Notes: generated by a model from the sequence alone, not told the origin. DNA of 64,000 nucleotides from Octopus sinensis (GCF_006345805.1 NC_042997.1:67704001-67768000), one strand, 5' to 3'; positions 1 to 14,300 are shown, counted from the first letter of the stretch. Made by a program: numbers and translations.

Positions 1-74
1 ATACCGGAGTAAACACATAAATGTGAAACAAGGTGGAAAAAAGAGTACTCAAATACCAGTGGTAGAGTAATATG

Positions 75-239
75 CTTTATTTAAAGCAGCAGAAAATTCA
101 ACAAAATCTGTTACTCTGAGTTTCTCGTTGCCGTTCATCAGACAGTTTTTGCTAGAATCTAGCAAAAACTGTCTGATGAACGGCAACGAGAAACTCAGAG
201 TAACAGATTTTGTTGAATTTTCTGCTGCTTTAAATAAAG
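75..239. repeat. perfect palindrome (82-bp arms, 1-nt loop), Penelope-like pLTR-type, abutting (TA)n
   Basis: 75-156 is the exact reverse complement of 158-239 (centre gctaga-a-tctagc). Confidence 0.95.
169..206 (+). ncRNA. minimal type I hammerhead ribozyme-like fold (mirror copy on - strand at 108-145)
   Basis: stem I CTGT/ACAG; core CTGATGA (173-179) and GAAA (190-193); stem II CG-GCAA-CG with non-canonical A.A closing pair; short stem III; GTA cleavage triplet 200-202. Confidence 0.55.
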
Positions 240-280
240 TATATATATATATATATAGATAGATATAGATAGATAGAGAG

Positions 281-610
281 ATGAAAGAGTACTAGTAGTT
301 TTACTAGGTTTAGTTTAATTCATTGTGATTCTGTTCCCTTTTCAAAAAGAGCCTTCGGTATATGTGAAGATACTCAATTTTTATTGTTATATAGATTTAT
401 TGCTACAAGATTGTGTGGTCAAAGTTTGCCATGTTCAGATTCAGATTACTTTTCATCCATCTATAGTTAATGAAAGAGTACCAGTAATTTTACTGGGTTT
501 AATATAATTCAGTGTGATTCTGTTCCCTTTTGAAGAAGGGCCTTCTGTATTTGTAAGAAAATTGTCATTACTTTACTATTTCTAATTTATTGTTGTTAAA
601 AGTATTTGAC
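281..610. repeat. diverged tandem duplication, period about 189 bp
   Basis: atgaaagagtac...gtgattctgttcccttt at 281 and at 470. Confidence 0.7.
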
Positions 611-2065
611 CTTGATATTAATTTTCTTTTGTTTTTTTTTTTTGTCTTTACTGTTCTAAATTTTGCATTCTGGGTTAAGAAAGTTTACTTTGTGTATAGT
701 CTATCACTTATGTTTTTGAATTTTACGGCTTAGTCATTTTTATGAAGTGCTTCTGATACTGGTGGGAGAAGAGGAAACTCTCAAATTCAATGTACTAAAC
801 CTTATTGCAAAAAAATTAATTCTTTATTTGTGGTTCCCATGCTTGGTAACTCCTCCCCCCACACATACACACACATATATTTTGTTACCTGTTATGTCAC
901 TAACTTGCAGTTTTTCAAACTATACCGACTAGGTTTTTTGGGACAGTGATGAATTTGTTGTCTCTAGGGAGACAACAATATTAATAACACATGCACTGAT
1001 TCAATTCCACTCCTCCATTATTAGTTAATTGGTTAAATACCTATCCCCCTAATTAATTGATCATTTGTTTAACTTGTTAGTTAAACAGTCAATCGTTTGT
1101 TTTGTTTTGTTTTTATTTTGTTTGTCAGACTTATTTTGTTGCCATTCACAACTTTTTCAGTGATTCCCATTTCATTATAGGGGCTGTGTTTGCCTGAGTC
1201 CTCGTTGCTTGTATGTGTGTAGAATATGGTAGGGGTATATGAATATGGTGTGTGTCTGTGTGTGAGATTATATGTGTGCATATATGCATGTCTGTGTCTG
1301 TATCCCTGTATCTGTGTGCGTGCATGAGTGTGTACATATATGCTTGTGTGTGGTGTGTGTGTGTGTGTGCACGTATGTGTACTTCTGCATCTATGTGCAT
1401 GTTTGTATGTGCATGTGTGTGTGTGTGCCTGTGTATGTCTGTGTGCTCATGTGTATGTATGTGTGTCTGTACATGTGTGTGTTTATGTGCAAATACATGA
1501 TGTGTATGTTGGTTTGTGTATGGTTGTGTGTTCCTCTGTCCTTGTATGTATGTGTTTATGTGTGAATGCTTGTGTGAGTGTCTGCACGTGCATGTGCATG
1601 TGCCTGTGCCTATTTACGTGTGTGTATGTGTGCCCCTTTCGTATGCATGGTACATGTATGCCTGTGCATGTGTGTGGGGGCTGTGTGTGGATGTATGTGC
1701 ATATCTATCTGTACTACTTATTTATCTACTTACCTATTTATCTACCTGCCTGTCTCCCTATATACTTACCTCCCTACTTGGTTAACTAACTAGCATTCTA
1801 CATAACTAACCTTACCACCTAAATACAATCCTACTTATTTACCTACATGACTGCCTGCCTACCTATCTACTTATCCAGCCACCCATCTACCTACCTACCT
1901 ACTTTATGATTCTACCTATGTACCTACCTGTCTATTCAAATATACCTGTGTATTTACTCTGCACAGGTGGTATCTATGGTATTGAAGTATCTCTACCTCC
2001 TACATGTATTTTCTATTCAGTATGAGTAATGTTTCATTTATAAGGACACATTCTTATAGTTATGT

Positions 2066-2412
2066 CAAAGGTTCTCAACCATTTTTTATCCATGGACCCC
2101 TTTGATAACTATTTTATCCTGGTGGATCCTCATAGCTATTCAATGTTTAAAAACTAGTTTTATAGAAACTTCTTTCAAAATTCCTATTTTGTTTTTCACA
2201 CATTCACTTGTGTAGGTTGAACTATGTAAAATGCTAGAGAAAGAAATGTAACTGTTTCTTGCAGTACATACCAATACATACAGCGAAAGCAAAATTTTTT
2301 AGGGTCTCTTAAAGAACTTTTGTGGATCCCCAGCTTACTATTTAGTTGTGTGGACCCCCAAAAACTTATATGGATTCTTAGGGGCCATATGGATCCTAGT
2401 TGAGAAACATTG
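2066..2412. mobile_element. decayed hAT-type MITE
   Basis: TIR-like ends CAAAGGTTCTCAAC / GTTGAGAAACATTG; TSD not preserved; related fragment at 53770-53850. Confidence 0.65.
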
Positions 2413-2481
2413 GTCTTAATAACGAGTCCCTTGTGTGTTTGGACAACATGCAGATGTTAGTTTCCCATCATTATACTCTCT

Positions 2482-3035
2482 CTAATGTTCATTCAGCCTT
2501 TCTGCTAAACTCGTATAGGTCTCTCCAATGTATGCTATGCTCCTGTCCTTACAAACTCCTTTCATGCATCTTATGCTGTAGACTACATTCCTAGTCTTAC
2601 ACTTAATACTGGGATTAAAGGTACATACCACACAGTTCTTACCAGTGTATGTGGTATTGTCAAAGGGGTATGTCCTACATAATTGGGATCTGATGGACCT
2701 CCCTGGTTTCTGAATCTTAATGTTGAGTTTGATGTCCTTCAAAGCCTTCTTAAACCTACGTGCTAATTCCCCATGCAGTGTGGCCTCTACAGACATCAGT
2801 CCTTGATATTTATCAGCCTTATATTTATCAGCTTTGTTACAAACCCTCTGTATACTGTTCCAGTGTTTACTTTGGTATCTAGGATGGGTACCACTGACAT
2901 TATTACAGATTATGTTATCTAATTTCTTTCTGGCACCCCTGTATACTTGAACCCTATCTTTCTGGTTGTATCCAGAGAACTGCATGCTGTGCATGAAGTT
3001 CTGTGCATGTCTCCATGTTTCATAGGGTTCACACA
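2482..3035 (-). pseudogene. Penelope-like element C-terminus with GIY-YIG endonuclease
   Basis: ...CKTRNVVYSIRCMKGVCKDRSIAYIGETYTSLAERLNEH*; VVY...YIGET...ER.xEH is the PLE GIY-YIG signature. Confidence 0.85.
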
Positions 3036-5299
3036 GACAGGCATGAGTGCACATACATGCAGATACCCACATACATACACAGGCATATGTGCACACACAT
3101 ACATACACTCATTCAAGCACTCACATAGACACACACACACCCAAATGGACACAGAAATACACAATCATACACAAACCTACACCATGTATATGCATGTGCA
3201 CTCATATACAGACATAAGCACACACTGACATACATAAGGCATACACATACTATGCATACACATGCACAAATACACACTCACACACACACAAGCATACATG
3301 CATAAACACACCCCCTCACATGCACAGGTGCATACATGTATGGATGCAGAGTATACACACACACAGACACATCCATGCACATGACACAAGCATGCACACA
3401 TGGATGCAAAAATACAGACATGTACAAAAGCATACACATACATACACTCTCACACATGCAAACACAGGTATATACACATTCACACAGTAACACATACACA
3501 TACATACACATGCAGATAATCACACACACACACATTCAAGCAACAGGATCTTAGACAGGCAAATACAGCCCCTATAACAAAATGGGAGAGAAGTCACTGA
3601 AAAGGTTGTGAATGGCAATGAAAGAACTGACCCCCCCCCTAAAACCCTCCCCCCTCCAAACAATTGACTGTTTAATCAACAAGTTAAACAAACTATCAAC
3701 TAGTTTGATAGATATTTAACCTGTTGCCTAATAATAAAGGTGTGGAATTGAGCCAGTGTGTGTGTTGGTGTGATGACTCCCTAGAGCCAACAAAATTTGT
3801 TTCAACACATAAATTCACATAAAGAATCCTGAAAACCAAATACAAAAATTAAATAGTTCTTACTTTAATTATTCTGTTGCTTAAGGTGGGAAACTGACAG
3901 GATTGTTAGCACACTGGGCAAAATACTTAACGGCATTTCGTTTATATTCACATCCTGAGTTCCAATGCTGCCTGGGTCAACTTTGGCTTTTATATTTTTG
4001 GGGTCGATAAAAAGAGCACTGGAGTTGGTGTAATTTACTTACCCACTCCTTTGAAATTGCTGGCCTTGTGCCAAAATTGGAAACAAGTTATTCTGTTATT
4101 TACTCTGGCTACCTCAGTTACTTTATCCCATACTCTGCCTATTCTAACAACTCCAGCATTGATACCCATTCAGAAGAACTTTTAATTGAGTTCCTTACTG
4201 TAAGAATTCTGGCTGAAGCTTTTCTCTGTCTTACCGTTTGTACAATAAGCATTGTACACATCTATTCACTTCTAATCTTTACAATCTCTCCAGGTCTACC
4301 TTTCACTGTGTTAACTCAGAGTAAAAAGTTTCTGGTGGTTTTGGGGTTGTTTGTGTCTATTTTCTGCATCTAAAAAGAAGTGAGTTGGTGCAATCATTTG
4401 ATGACACTCACACATAGCCAGATTTTCCCAAATGGTCACTTCCACTACCATGTAAGGCCCTGTATATTCAATTACGATATTTTTGCTGATTTCACTGTCA
4501 TCTTTTTCTTGTGCTTTTTGTACTCTTTCTATCAGAAACCATTTTACAGCATAGACTGAGAACTATTGTTCCACCTGCTCTAGAAAAACTGCCTGGCAGG
4601 ACTGGTGTGTACCTTCTACACTCTATCAAGGTTTTTCCAGAATTGCTTCTCTCCAGCAAGAGTTGATTTCACTGCAGCTTGTATGTCTCTGCTATTCAGA
4701 TTTTTATTCAAGGGTGACATATCTAGGAGATATGTTACCTTCTCTGTTGAGTCATTGTCTCTTCTGAGCAGGAAAAAAAGTAATGTAAATAATAATTATA
4801 TGCATAGTTTAAACTAAGAACACTTGCTTGCTATGTCTTTACTTGAGAAATTGGGAATAATATATGACATACATAAGTTGCTCTTTTACATGTGTAAATG
4901 AACTTTTAGGCAAAGCTGCCAAAAGGTGGTGCGAGAAGAGGAGAGAGAAAGAGATTATTTATATGATTAGTTATGTTTGCATAATGCTGAATAAAGAGAT
5001 GTCATATATATAATTTATAACAGTTTAAGGAGATCATTAATATTAATACAAGTTATGGTAATGATAATTACTTGCATAGCTTAAACTTAGCATTCTCGTT
5101 GCAGCTTTCTTCAGAGTTTGGCTATAATATGTCACATTCACTCTGTCTCTCTCAATGTCACTTGAGAAATGGCATTGCATTAGATCTGTCTGTATCCAAT
5201 CCCACTCTATCATTCTTTATTGCTAACCATCTTTCTCTCTGCCTCTCCCATTACTCTTTCTTTTATCAATCATTACGGATACCTTTATTTTTTATCTGT

Positions 5300-5670
5300 T
5301 ACAGTCATTAGACTGCGGTCATGCTGGGGCACTTCCTTGAAGAACTTTTAGTGGAATGAATTGATTCCAGAACTTATTTTTTTATAAAGTCTGGTACTTA
5401 TTCTGTTAGCCTCTTTTTGCTGAACTGCAATGTTACGGGGATGTAAACCAACCTACACCAGTTGTCAAGTAGTGGTAGGAGCACGAAGACACACACACAC
5501 ACAAACAAACAAACATAAGACAGGCTTCTTTCAGTTTCCATGTAGCAAATCCACTCGCAAGGCTTTGGTCAACTTGAGGCAATAGAAGACACTTGCCCAA
5601 GGTGCCATGCAGTGGGACTGAATCCAAAACCATGTGATTGGGAAGCAAGCTTCTTAACACACAGCTATGC
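5300..5670 (-). mobile_element. SINE family A (tRNA-like head, internal microsatellite)
   Basis: reverse complement of ...cccactgcatggcaccttgggcaagtgtcttcta...gtggatttg...gaaactgaaagaagcc...cagcatgaccgcagtc. Confidence 0.8.
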
Positions 5671-6599
5671 CTGCATCTATGTATTACTCCTTTTCCTTCA
5701 CTGTCTTCCTCTGCACTCCCTTTCTCACATCACTCTTTCCCTTCCAGTACTCTCTCTTCTACCATCTGACCCCCCTCTTATTTCCCTTTTCCCCCATCAT
5801 ATCAGTTATGCTGTTTTTATTGAACCTTCATATCAACAACCAGCAAGGCACTATCTGTTACCCTCTTACTTCCTTTAATCCTACATATTAACCTTTTCTT
5901 TCTATCTCTCTGGTCCTCTTTCATTACTCTCCCTATTAACACTTTCTTACTCTTGACTTCTTTCATTATACTTTCTTCTAGCTACTGGGGATAGGACAAC
6001 CTTTTGGTAGTGGTGGGCAAATGAAGAGAGACAATGTAGGATAGTAAGGATTATTTAGTCTTGCCATTCTTTCTATTACTGAAGTCATGATAAAGTGCAG
6101 CTGGTACAAGTGGTTGGCAAGAGGAAATGTATCCAGCCATGGAAAACATGTTGGTAATGAATGTGGAAACCATCCTATTCATTTCTGCATTGAAAAGTGG
6201 ATGTAAAACTGATGATGTTGATAATAATGATAACAATGATGTGATGATGAGCATGCACGCATGCATGCGCACACACATACACACACACACACGTGTGTAT
6301 GTCAACAAATGAGAACAAAAACAAATTAAAACGACGTACTCACAGAAAAACAGTTCATACATTCAACTAGATATGTCACAGTAACAGGTCTTTCAATGAA
6401 ACCATCCCCAGCCCACTGTAGCCCCAGAAACAACTGCACACCAGGATCAAGTGTCCCATGCCCACAATGTCAGTCTTGCCAAGGAATCTTTGGCATGTGG
6501 GATTGGTGGCCCATATTTTTCACCCCAACAATGCCACAGATGCAGCAATCCAAGGTATTCAAATCAAGAAAGCTAGAAGAGCACATGGTGTTAGGTGTC

Positions 6600-6900
6600 A
6601 CATGATCATGTGATCAGGTTTTTCTTGGGTCTTTCCAGGTACAGACTGCATTCTCCTTGTCACATAGGACTTGTATCCGATGTCATCATGCACCACGCCT
6701 CTGATTGTGGATCTTGCCACCTTGAACTGCTTGGTGAGGACTCTCATGAAGCTGTTCGGGTTGTCATTGATAATGTCCTAAAATCTGATGGATAGACTTG
6801 GATGTCATGATAATGTCCTGTTGAAAATGTTTCTCTTGACCATAGATAACATGTTCCTGTCAGAGGTCTCCATGTCTCAGAAACTGGCACCTTCAGAGTC
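6600..6900 (-). pseudogene. Tc1/mariner-superfamily (maT-like) transposase N-terminal fragment
   Basis: - strand IINDNPNSFMRVLTKQFKVARSTIRGVVHDDIGYKSYV resembles the HTH/GYKSY region of such transposases. Confidence 0.6.
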
Positions 6901-9021
6901 ACAGTAGCTGACAGCTAGAGCCATGAACATGGTGTACATTTACATTTTCTCTGTGAGATTGACATCCTCTACATTAATGCTGTTTATGTTTGATAAAAAA
7001 TAAAGTGAAGAATTAAAATTCTTGTAACTTTATCTGTGATTATTCAAAGATATCATTGTTGACAAGAAAATCAAATCAGTGGAGCAGACTTTATATTGTT
7101 AGTTGATTTACTAGAAATAGTAAAATCACCCTCAAATCACCCACTTCTGTATTAGAAGGGGTCAAGTTGAATATGTTCCTGGGTTCTCTGCACATAGGAA
7201 AAATACTGAAAGGTTAAGATTGGTATGTTTTTAAACCTAGTCATAAACTGTGTAAAGCTTTAGTCTATTTATAGTAGAGGGTCAGATAAGGTAAACCAGA
7301 AGAGATCAGATAGCAACCATCTGTATATTGGAAGGCTTTACTGTGTCAATAGGAGTATTGAGGTCAAACTAAGTTGAGAGGGGAACTAGCTGCTGTTTAT
7401 AATTATAATTATGTAGGTAAGTTCTAGATGTGTATTTTCAGTATGTTATTATGTCTAGGCTCTTGTGACTATTACAAAATTCATAAAATGCACTTTACAA
7501 AAATGAGAAGAATGGAAAAGTATACTACTTTCTATGAAAGTATTGTGACCTCTTGTTTCTTGAATCTTGAATTTCTGTAAAACTGTTTTTAATGTCACTA
7601 GTCTGGTGCAAGTGTTTAAAATAGCCTAACAGAGTTACATGATGCTAAAGGTTTCTTTTGATCCTTGTTTTTGTAATTCTATAGTTATTCAGGAATGATT
7701 TTGAAGAATTATGAAAGCTTTGTTGGCATGGAAAAAGTACAAAAGAATTTAATACGGGTAGTGGTGATTGGTGGATGTAGCTTGAAGTAGCTCATGGGGA
7801 ACAAAATGGAGTGCAACATTAATGCTGATCTTCATTTTACCTTCAAGAGTTGACTGAAGTATGTTTACACCTGTTAATGATAATGGTGGTAGTTATGATG
7901 ATGCTTGCTGCTGCTTAGTTGTCTCTAGCTTGTCATGCCTATTATTTTCATTTATTTCTTTTTTGTTTAGGTTGTGCATTCTACTTTAGCCCTGGGCCTA
8001 CCGAAGCTTTCTGAGTGGGTTTGGTAGATGGAAACTGAAAGAACTCTGTTGTATATACATGTGTGTGTGTATGTGTTTGAACCCTTGCCAAGACATCACA
8101 TGATGGTTGTAAATCATTATCATCTTCATCACACAACGAGGTTTTTCTTTTCCTGTTTTCAATGAAAAACATGTATAGCAGTTGGGAAAATAATACTTTG
8201 CCTGGAGGTGAGGGTTATCAACCAAAAGGGCATCTGGCTGTAGAAAATCTGCCTCAAGTTCTGTCTAACCCATGCAAACATAGAAAAATGGACGTTAAAT
8301 GATAATGATGAACTTCTTTTTTAACCCTTTTGTTACTTTATTTCTGTTGATATATAATGCTCTTGTTTCAGTTAATTTAGTACAATAAATTCCTCCTTAT
8401 TAAACTGGCATCTGGAAAATATTAACATAAAATTTTAATGGAAGATTTTAATTTAGATCATTTTAATCCTTTAGCATTCAAATTATTGTCAAAGGTAATG
8501 CTTATTCAGTTACTCTGTTTTAAATTAATCGTGCATTATCTTGTAGCTTCAAGATTTCGATTGTGTGGTTGCATAACAAGTAAAGTATTTAGGTTTAAAT
8601 GCTGAAGGGTTAAAACAGTAAGTTTGTGTCATAGAACCAGGGGTGGTCTCAGGTGGGTTGGAATCGAAAGGGTTTAGTAGATTGTCTTCAGAAATTGCAG
8701 AAGCTACATCTCTCAAAAATAGAATATTATGAACTGGTTAGGAGACTAAGTATGTAGTTTCTACATTTGCTCAAGGTAAGAACAAAATATAGCACTTTTA
8801 ACATGTAGGCCACACTTCAGATAGCATACCTACACTATTTAGATGATTGGTCAACTAGAATTTTCATCAGATGCAGGTTTAAAGCCCTAACTAATGTGCT
8901 GGAACTGATTTTTATGGGGTGCTGGACCCTCTAGATTGTTTGTTGGACTTTTACCTTTGTATGATAAATTGGTTGAAACACAACTGCTCAGTGAAACTAT
9001 TCCAACAACAAAATCAATGGG

Positions 9022-9074
<53 letters not shown>

Positions 9075-9993
9075 GAGAGAGAGAGAGAGAGAAACAATAA
9101 TGGGCTGCAAGGTTAGAATTTATGATAAATGTTCATGTTTGTTTGACTATAGAGGGCAGCAATCCTTTCAAGGCCAATTCCACATTTAAAAAAAAAATCA
9201 TTGTCCTCTTTTCCAGAAGGTGCAATTTGCAATTGATGTAGGAAGAATTTATTTATTTTGCTAATGAGACTGTCACATTAAAACAATGAGTTGAGATTGT
9301 TTGGCCTATCAAACTGTCTTGCTATTCATTTGTCTATGTTGCTCTTTAGTTTGAACAGTATTTATCTATGTGATGGTGTGGGTAGTGATGGGGGTCCTGG
9401 TTGTGTGTGTGTGTGTGTACAGAGGTGTATGCTTGTTAGAGCTGCTTGTGTTTGTGTTCATGTATTTTACAGCTACTATAGACATCCAGGATAACTTTTG
9501 TTGTGTATGTCTTGCAGTCATTACATTATGTGTATGTGTGTATACTTGTATATGTGTTGCTGTTTCTCTGTGCTTGTGTATATCGACCATATTGCTGTGT
9601 GTGATATGTTATATGTTAAGCTGCTGTTCTTTCAGTAATGTTGTTGCTCATTCATTTTCAGCGAGCATTTGTCTGAGCATGCTGTTATTTCATGTTCAGT
9701 CTTCAAATAGTATGGTGGAGACTAGTTTCAGTGATGATTCTTGAAGTGTTTTCTCTGTCAGTTTGTATCTGTCTCTTTCCACACTCATCACAAATGCAAC
9801 ATGAGTCTAACACATACATACACATCCATCTGCCTATCTATCTCATTCTCTCATATACACACATGCATATACGCACATGTGTGTGTATGTGTGATATGTG
9901 TGCAAATAATCCAGTTATATATATATATTTATATATATATATATATACATATTCTTGCAGATATACACTCAAATCTGTAATATATGTATGCAT

Positions 9994-10030
<37 letters not shown>

Positions 10031-12959
10031 ACACACACACACACCACACACACACACACCACACACACACACTTCCATTCTCCTTTGCCCAGCTTTTTAC
10101 AATTAGATACACAGACATCCTAATTACAAATATCCCACAACTTATACTCACATACTCCATGCAGCCATAACACCAATAATATAGTCACTCACTCTCTCTT
10201 TTTCACCCAGAATGCATGTACATAATCTCGTCTTATAGGCCATTTTAGATGCTAACACATACATGCACTAATTGCAAACACATGTGCATACATAAGGCCT
10301 TATGCATTTTCATTAGCCACACATATATTCAGCTGCTTATGCATACACAAATAGAAAAGCATATCACATATACCATACAACCTACTCCACTTGCACACTT
10401 GCATATCTGTTCTGCAGTATATACACCCTGTACATACATATATGCACAAGAAAATATACATTACACACTCCTTGCTTGAACATTCCATCATGCAATTCAT
10501 TACTCTATCTTCCTATCACCCTTATATTTCTCTCTATATCTCTCTACCTTCTCACTTCCTTTATTGCTTTCTCTTCCTCTTATATCTCTCACCCCATTTC
10601 TGATTCCCCTAACTCAATCCTTTCCTCCTCCTTCTTTATATCCCTATCTTTCTCTTGCCCTCTTTCTATCTCTCTGTCCCCACTTCTTTTTATAATAGGT
10701 CAGTTTTCCCCACTTCTTTGGCAGTGCAATGAAGTTATCCAAATTTAGATTTCCTGTTTGTCTTCTGTCATTTATGCCACTCTATTCTTCATTGATCTTA
10801 AATCCAAACAAACATTTTTTTCCCTTTCTTCAGCCATTTCAAACAAGAAATACTTGTTAAAAATAAAATTAAAATTAAAGAAAAAATATAGGCAAATAAA
10901 TTACTACATTCGTTAGATTTTTATTTAACATGCATATTTTTTAGTGAACACCAAAGAAGTGAACTAGAAAATGCATTGTAAACTTCATCTTATATAATCA
11001 TCAAGAGAATGGGGCTAGGAGAGATATATCATTGAAGCAGCTAAATGTTCTCCATCTTTCATATAAGAAGTTGTAGGAAATAAAGTAACAATTAAAACAA
11101 AAATCTGAAAGGAAGGGATAGTAAATAAATTTCTATTTTTATTGCATTTTAAAACTCAATTCTTTTTAGACAGTCAAACTTATTTACCTCCTAGCCCTCG
11201 AGGAAGAGTGTTAAAAATGGAATTCAAAAGTAGGTTGAATTGTGTGTTGTTGGAATCGTTTCAGGTGCTGTCAGAGAAATGTGATATAAGAAATTGTATA
11301 AATGACAAATGTTTTGTTAAATTTCAGCAATTAGATCAAATTCTTCTTTGGGTTATTCCTATAGTAGACTAGACTAGTGCCCTACTTTCATGAAGTATCT
11401 CTCTCAGTCATTCAAATTTTTGAAATCTGAGAGAAGTTTCAACATTATCTCTCAGAAATAGAAGTTGGTTATAAGTGGGAAGGAATAAGGAATGGGTGGA
11501 GCAGAATATAAAAATAATGATAGTGACAAGCTGGTGTTGGTGGTAGCAGTAGTAGTAGCAATGGTAGTGGTGGACTGGGTGATTATCAGTGAGCACTTGG
11601 TCAATGATGGCTGAACTTCTCAATAACTAGATGGGGAATAATGCAAGCCTGTTCTTCTGGACATGCAACATAAATCTGAAAGATTGAACATCATAGAAGA
11701 TCTATGACAGAATAGTTATCAGAAATATCATGTAATGTATGAGAGAATGGGAAAGGGATGATGGCTTGGACAAGTGATGAAAGTGCTTGGTCATATATTA
11801 TGGTGAAAGCTAATTGTTGATGGTAGCTAAGATAGGATTTGGTTCAAATGATAAAACAAGAGGGAAGGGTTAGGTAAGGTATGGAAGAAGACATCCACTG
11901 AATAATTGACTAAAAGAATGATGCAGTATTATAGACCAGTTAAATACATTATAAAAACTGGTTATGTTAATGATAATGCTGTCATATCCATTGCAAAATC
12001 AATAAAGAGGTAGCAAACTCAGAAATAGATCGAAGCAATGAAAATTGTTATGTTTTTGAGGAACCTCATCTTAATTGGATAATAACTTAAAAACTAATTC
12101 TTTTACCCTCTACCCTGGTTATGTTTCTCTCCCCACCCAAAACTTGATATAAAAGTTTAAAAGAATGTATTGTAATGATAGATTGGAATGTTCTGTGATG
12201 TTTGAAATGCCTTGCAGACAAAACATTTGAATAGTAGACTCGACAAACAGGTCTCTTTTTACACACACACGTGCACACACATGCACGTACACACATACGC
12301 ACACTCAAAATTCCACCCTGTTAGTTGAATATCACCAATGTTGTTGACATTCAGAACAATGAATACTAATTTTTGCAATGCCATTGGCTCTTCTTTTCCT
12401 TGTTTTGTGTGTAGTATTTTGTGTCTTGCCGGTGTTATCAACCTGAGTTATTTATTATTTTTTTCAGAAGTTTTTGTTGGTTTTTCTATCTTGTCTGTCT
12501 TGTTAAATACTTGGTGTTTTTGTCTGTGAATAATTCTGTGCTGATATATTAATAAAGGTCAGTATGGAAACTTTCAGCTATCATTATCATCATCATTATC
12601 ACCACTATCATCATCATTATCACCACTATCATCATTGACACGATGGTCATCGTCATTACCACTACCACTGTTGTCCTCCTCGTTTTTGTGACAAATAAAT
12701 GATCATTATTTTTAGAATAATGGTGTGGTAGGAAGGTAGGAATAGTAAAGTCTCAAACTAGATGCCTGCCTTTCAGATTTAGTTTCATCTATTCAAAATA
12801 GGTAAAGCACTTACCAGTAATACCAGTATATCGAGTGGTTCAACCAAATTTTCTATACATTATACATTTATGGCCTTCTGCTAATATATGAGGATTCATT
12901 TGAAGAATTGGTAGACGAAATGTGTTGTACAAAGTGCCTTGCAGTTGTTTTTTTTATCT

Positions 12960-13134
12960 TCTACTTGTTTCAGTCATTAGACTGTGGCCATGATAGGGTG
13001 GTGCTTTGAAGAAATTTTAGTTGAATGAATCGACCTCAGCACTTTTTTTCTTCTTTTGTTAAGCCTGGTACTTATTCTATCAGCCTCTTTTGCTGAACTG
13101 CTAAATTACAGAGAGCTAAACACATATATCTATA

Positions 13135-13179
<45 letters not shown>

Positions 13180-13334
13180 CAATAAGAAAATGGAGGGGAT
13201 CAATAGGTGGTTCATCTACTTTTAGACATTATATTATGTCAACTTATTTATTTACTAAAATGACAATTACAAGAATATACATACATGTATAACATTATGC
13301 TTTACATATAAAAATATATTATTATATAAAAATA

Positions 13335-13394
<60 letters not shown>

Positions 13395-13550
13395 GATGAG
13401 CTTCTTTGGTTTCTGTCACGCAAATCCACTCACAAGGCTTTAGTTGACCCAACAAGACTATAGTAGAAGATATTTACCTAAGGTGCCACACAGTGGAACT
13501 GAAATCAGAATCATGTGGTTGAGAAGCAAACTTCTTATCACACAGCCATG
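12960..13550 (-). mobile_element. SINE family A, split by (TA)n expansions
   Basis: tail 12960-13110, head 13395-13550. Confidence 0.7.
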
Positions 13551-13709
13551 CTCATTACATTCTGAGTTCAAATTCTGCCAGGGTCAACTTTACCTTTCAT
13601 TTTTTCAAGGTCGATAAAATAAGTATCAGTTGAGCACCAGAGTCGATGCAATCAACTATCCCTCATCTCCTAAAATTTCAAGTTGTGTGCGTATAGTAGG
13701 AAGGATTCA

Positions 13710-14300
13710 TGCAGAGTGACGAAACCGTACTGCATACCCTCGTTCAGTGGCCAGGCATTGCTGACTTATGGGGTTATGTTGAACAGCTGCTGTCATGTGG
13801 GACAGAGCTGTTTGTCGGCTGAGTCTGTAGTGATGATAACACAACTATTCTCCTTCAATCAGGCAGGCAAGGCAGTTTTTCTTTGCCTGGTGGTTGTGGT
13901 GAAAGGTTGTTTTTGGACAAAGCTGAAAGGTATGAGGATGATACATTCCTTTTTGGTAGAGTCCTCATTGACTTCTTCCAGTTTCACTTGAATAAGGAAA
14001 TTGTGAGCGGAGAGGAAAGTGCTGTTCACGAGTGGGTTTATTGAAAGGTGGGTGAAAGTTGCAAAAATGGCAAGAGTAGATGGTACCTCTCTAAGTGTAG
14101 ACCTGTGAGTTGGAGAGAAGGAATTGGAGAGGACAGTTGCTCCTAGAGTTTCAAGGAAATCTCAGACAGTGGGGTTCCTTGATTAACCCTAGAGGCCTTC
14201 CTGTATCAGGAGGGCCACATCTTTATCATTCTCCCCACCATTTTTTAATTTTTTATTTTTATCTTTCTATGCTATGCATATGCCTTTTCTTTTTCAGTGT
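13710..14300 (-). pseudogene. possible decayed Penelope-like RT N-terminal fragment
   Basis: frameshifted NNLSQ...KTAL...LKENSCVIITT.ADK resembles the NLS..E..AL..LK....II..ADKG motif. Confidence 0.35.

Larger units (their letters stand above)
930..3840 (-). mobile_element. 5'-truncated Penelope-like element with inverted pLTR-like flanks
   Basis: GIY-YIG ORF remnant on - strand between two diverged inverted copies (about 930-1700 and 3020-3840) of a CA-rich block plus unique tail. Confidence 0.65.

Noticed and set aside
1146-1793. Overlapping Cys/Val/His-rich ORFs (also 9291-10170, 48784-49485, 54126-55087, 60808-61424)
   Set aside because: Translations of TG/CA/TATG microsatellites, open in several frames on both strands.
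4910-4925. ttttag|GC AAA GCT as the missing PNKP Walker-A exon
   Set aside because: Gives GKAAKR, not GKS/T, and no downstream similarity; candidates at 7971, 11170, 5982 and 10699 also failed.
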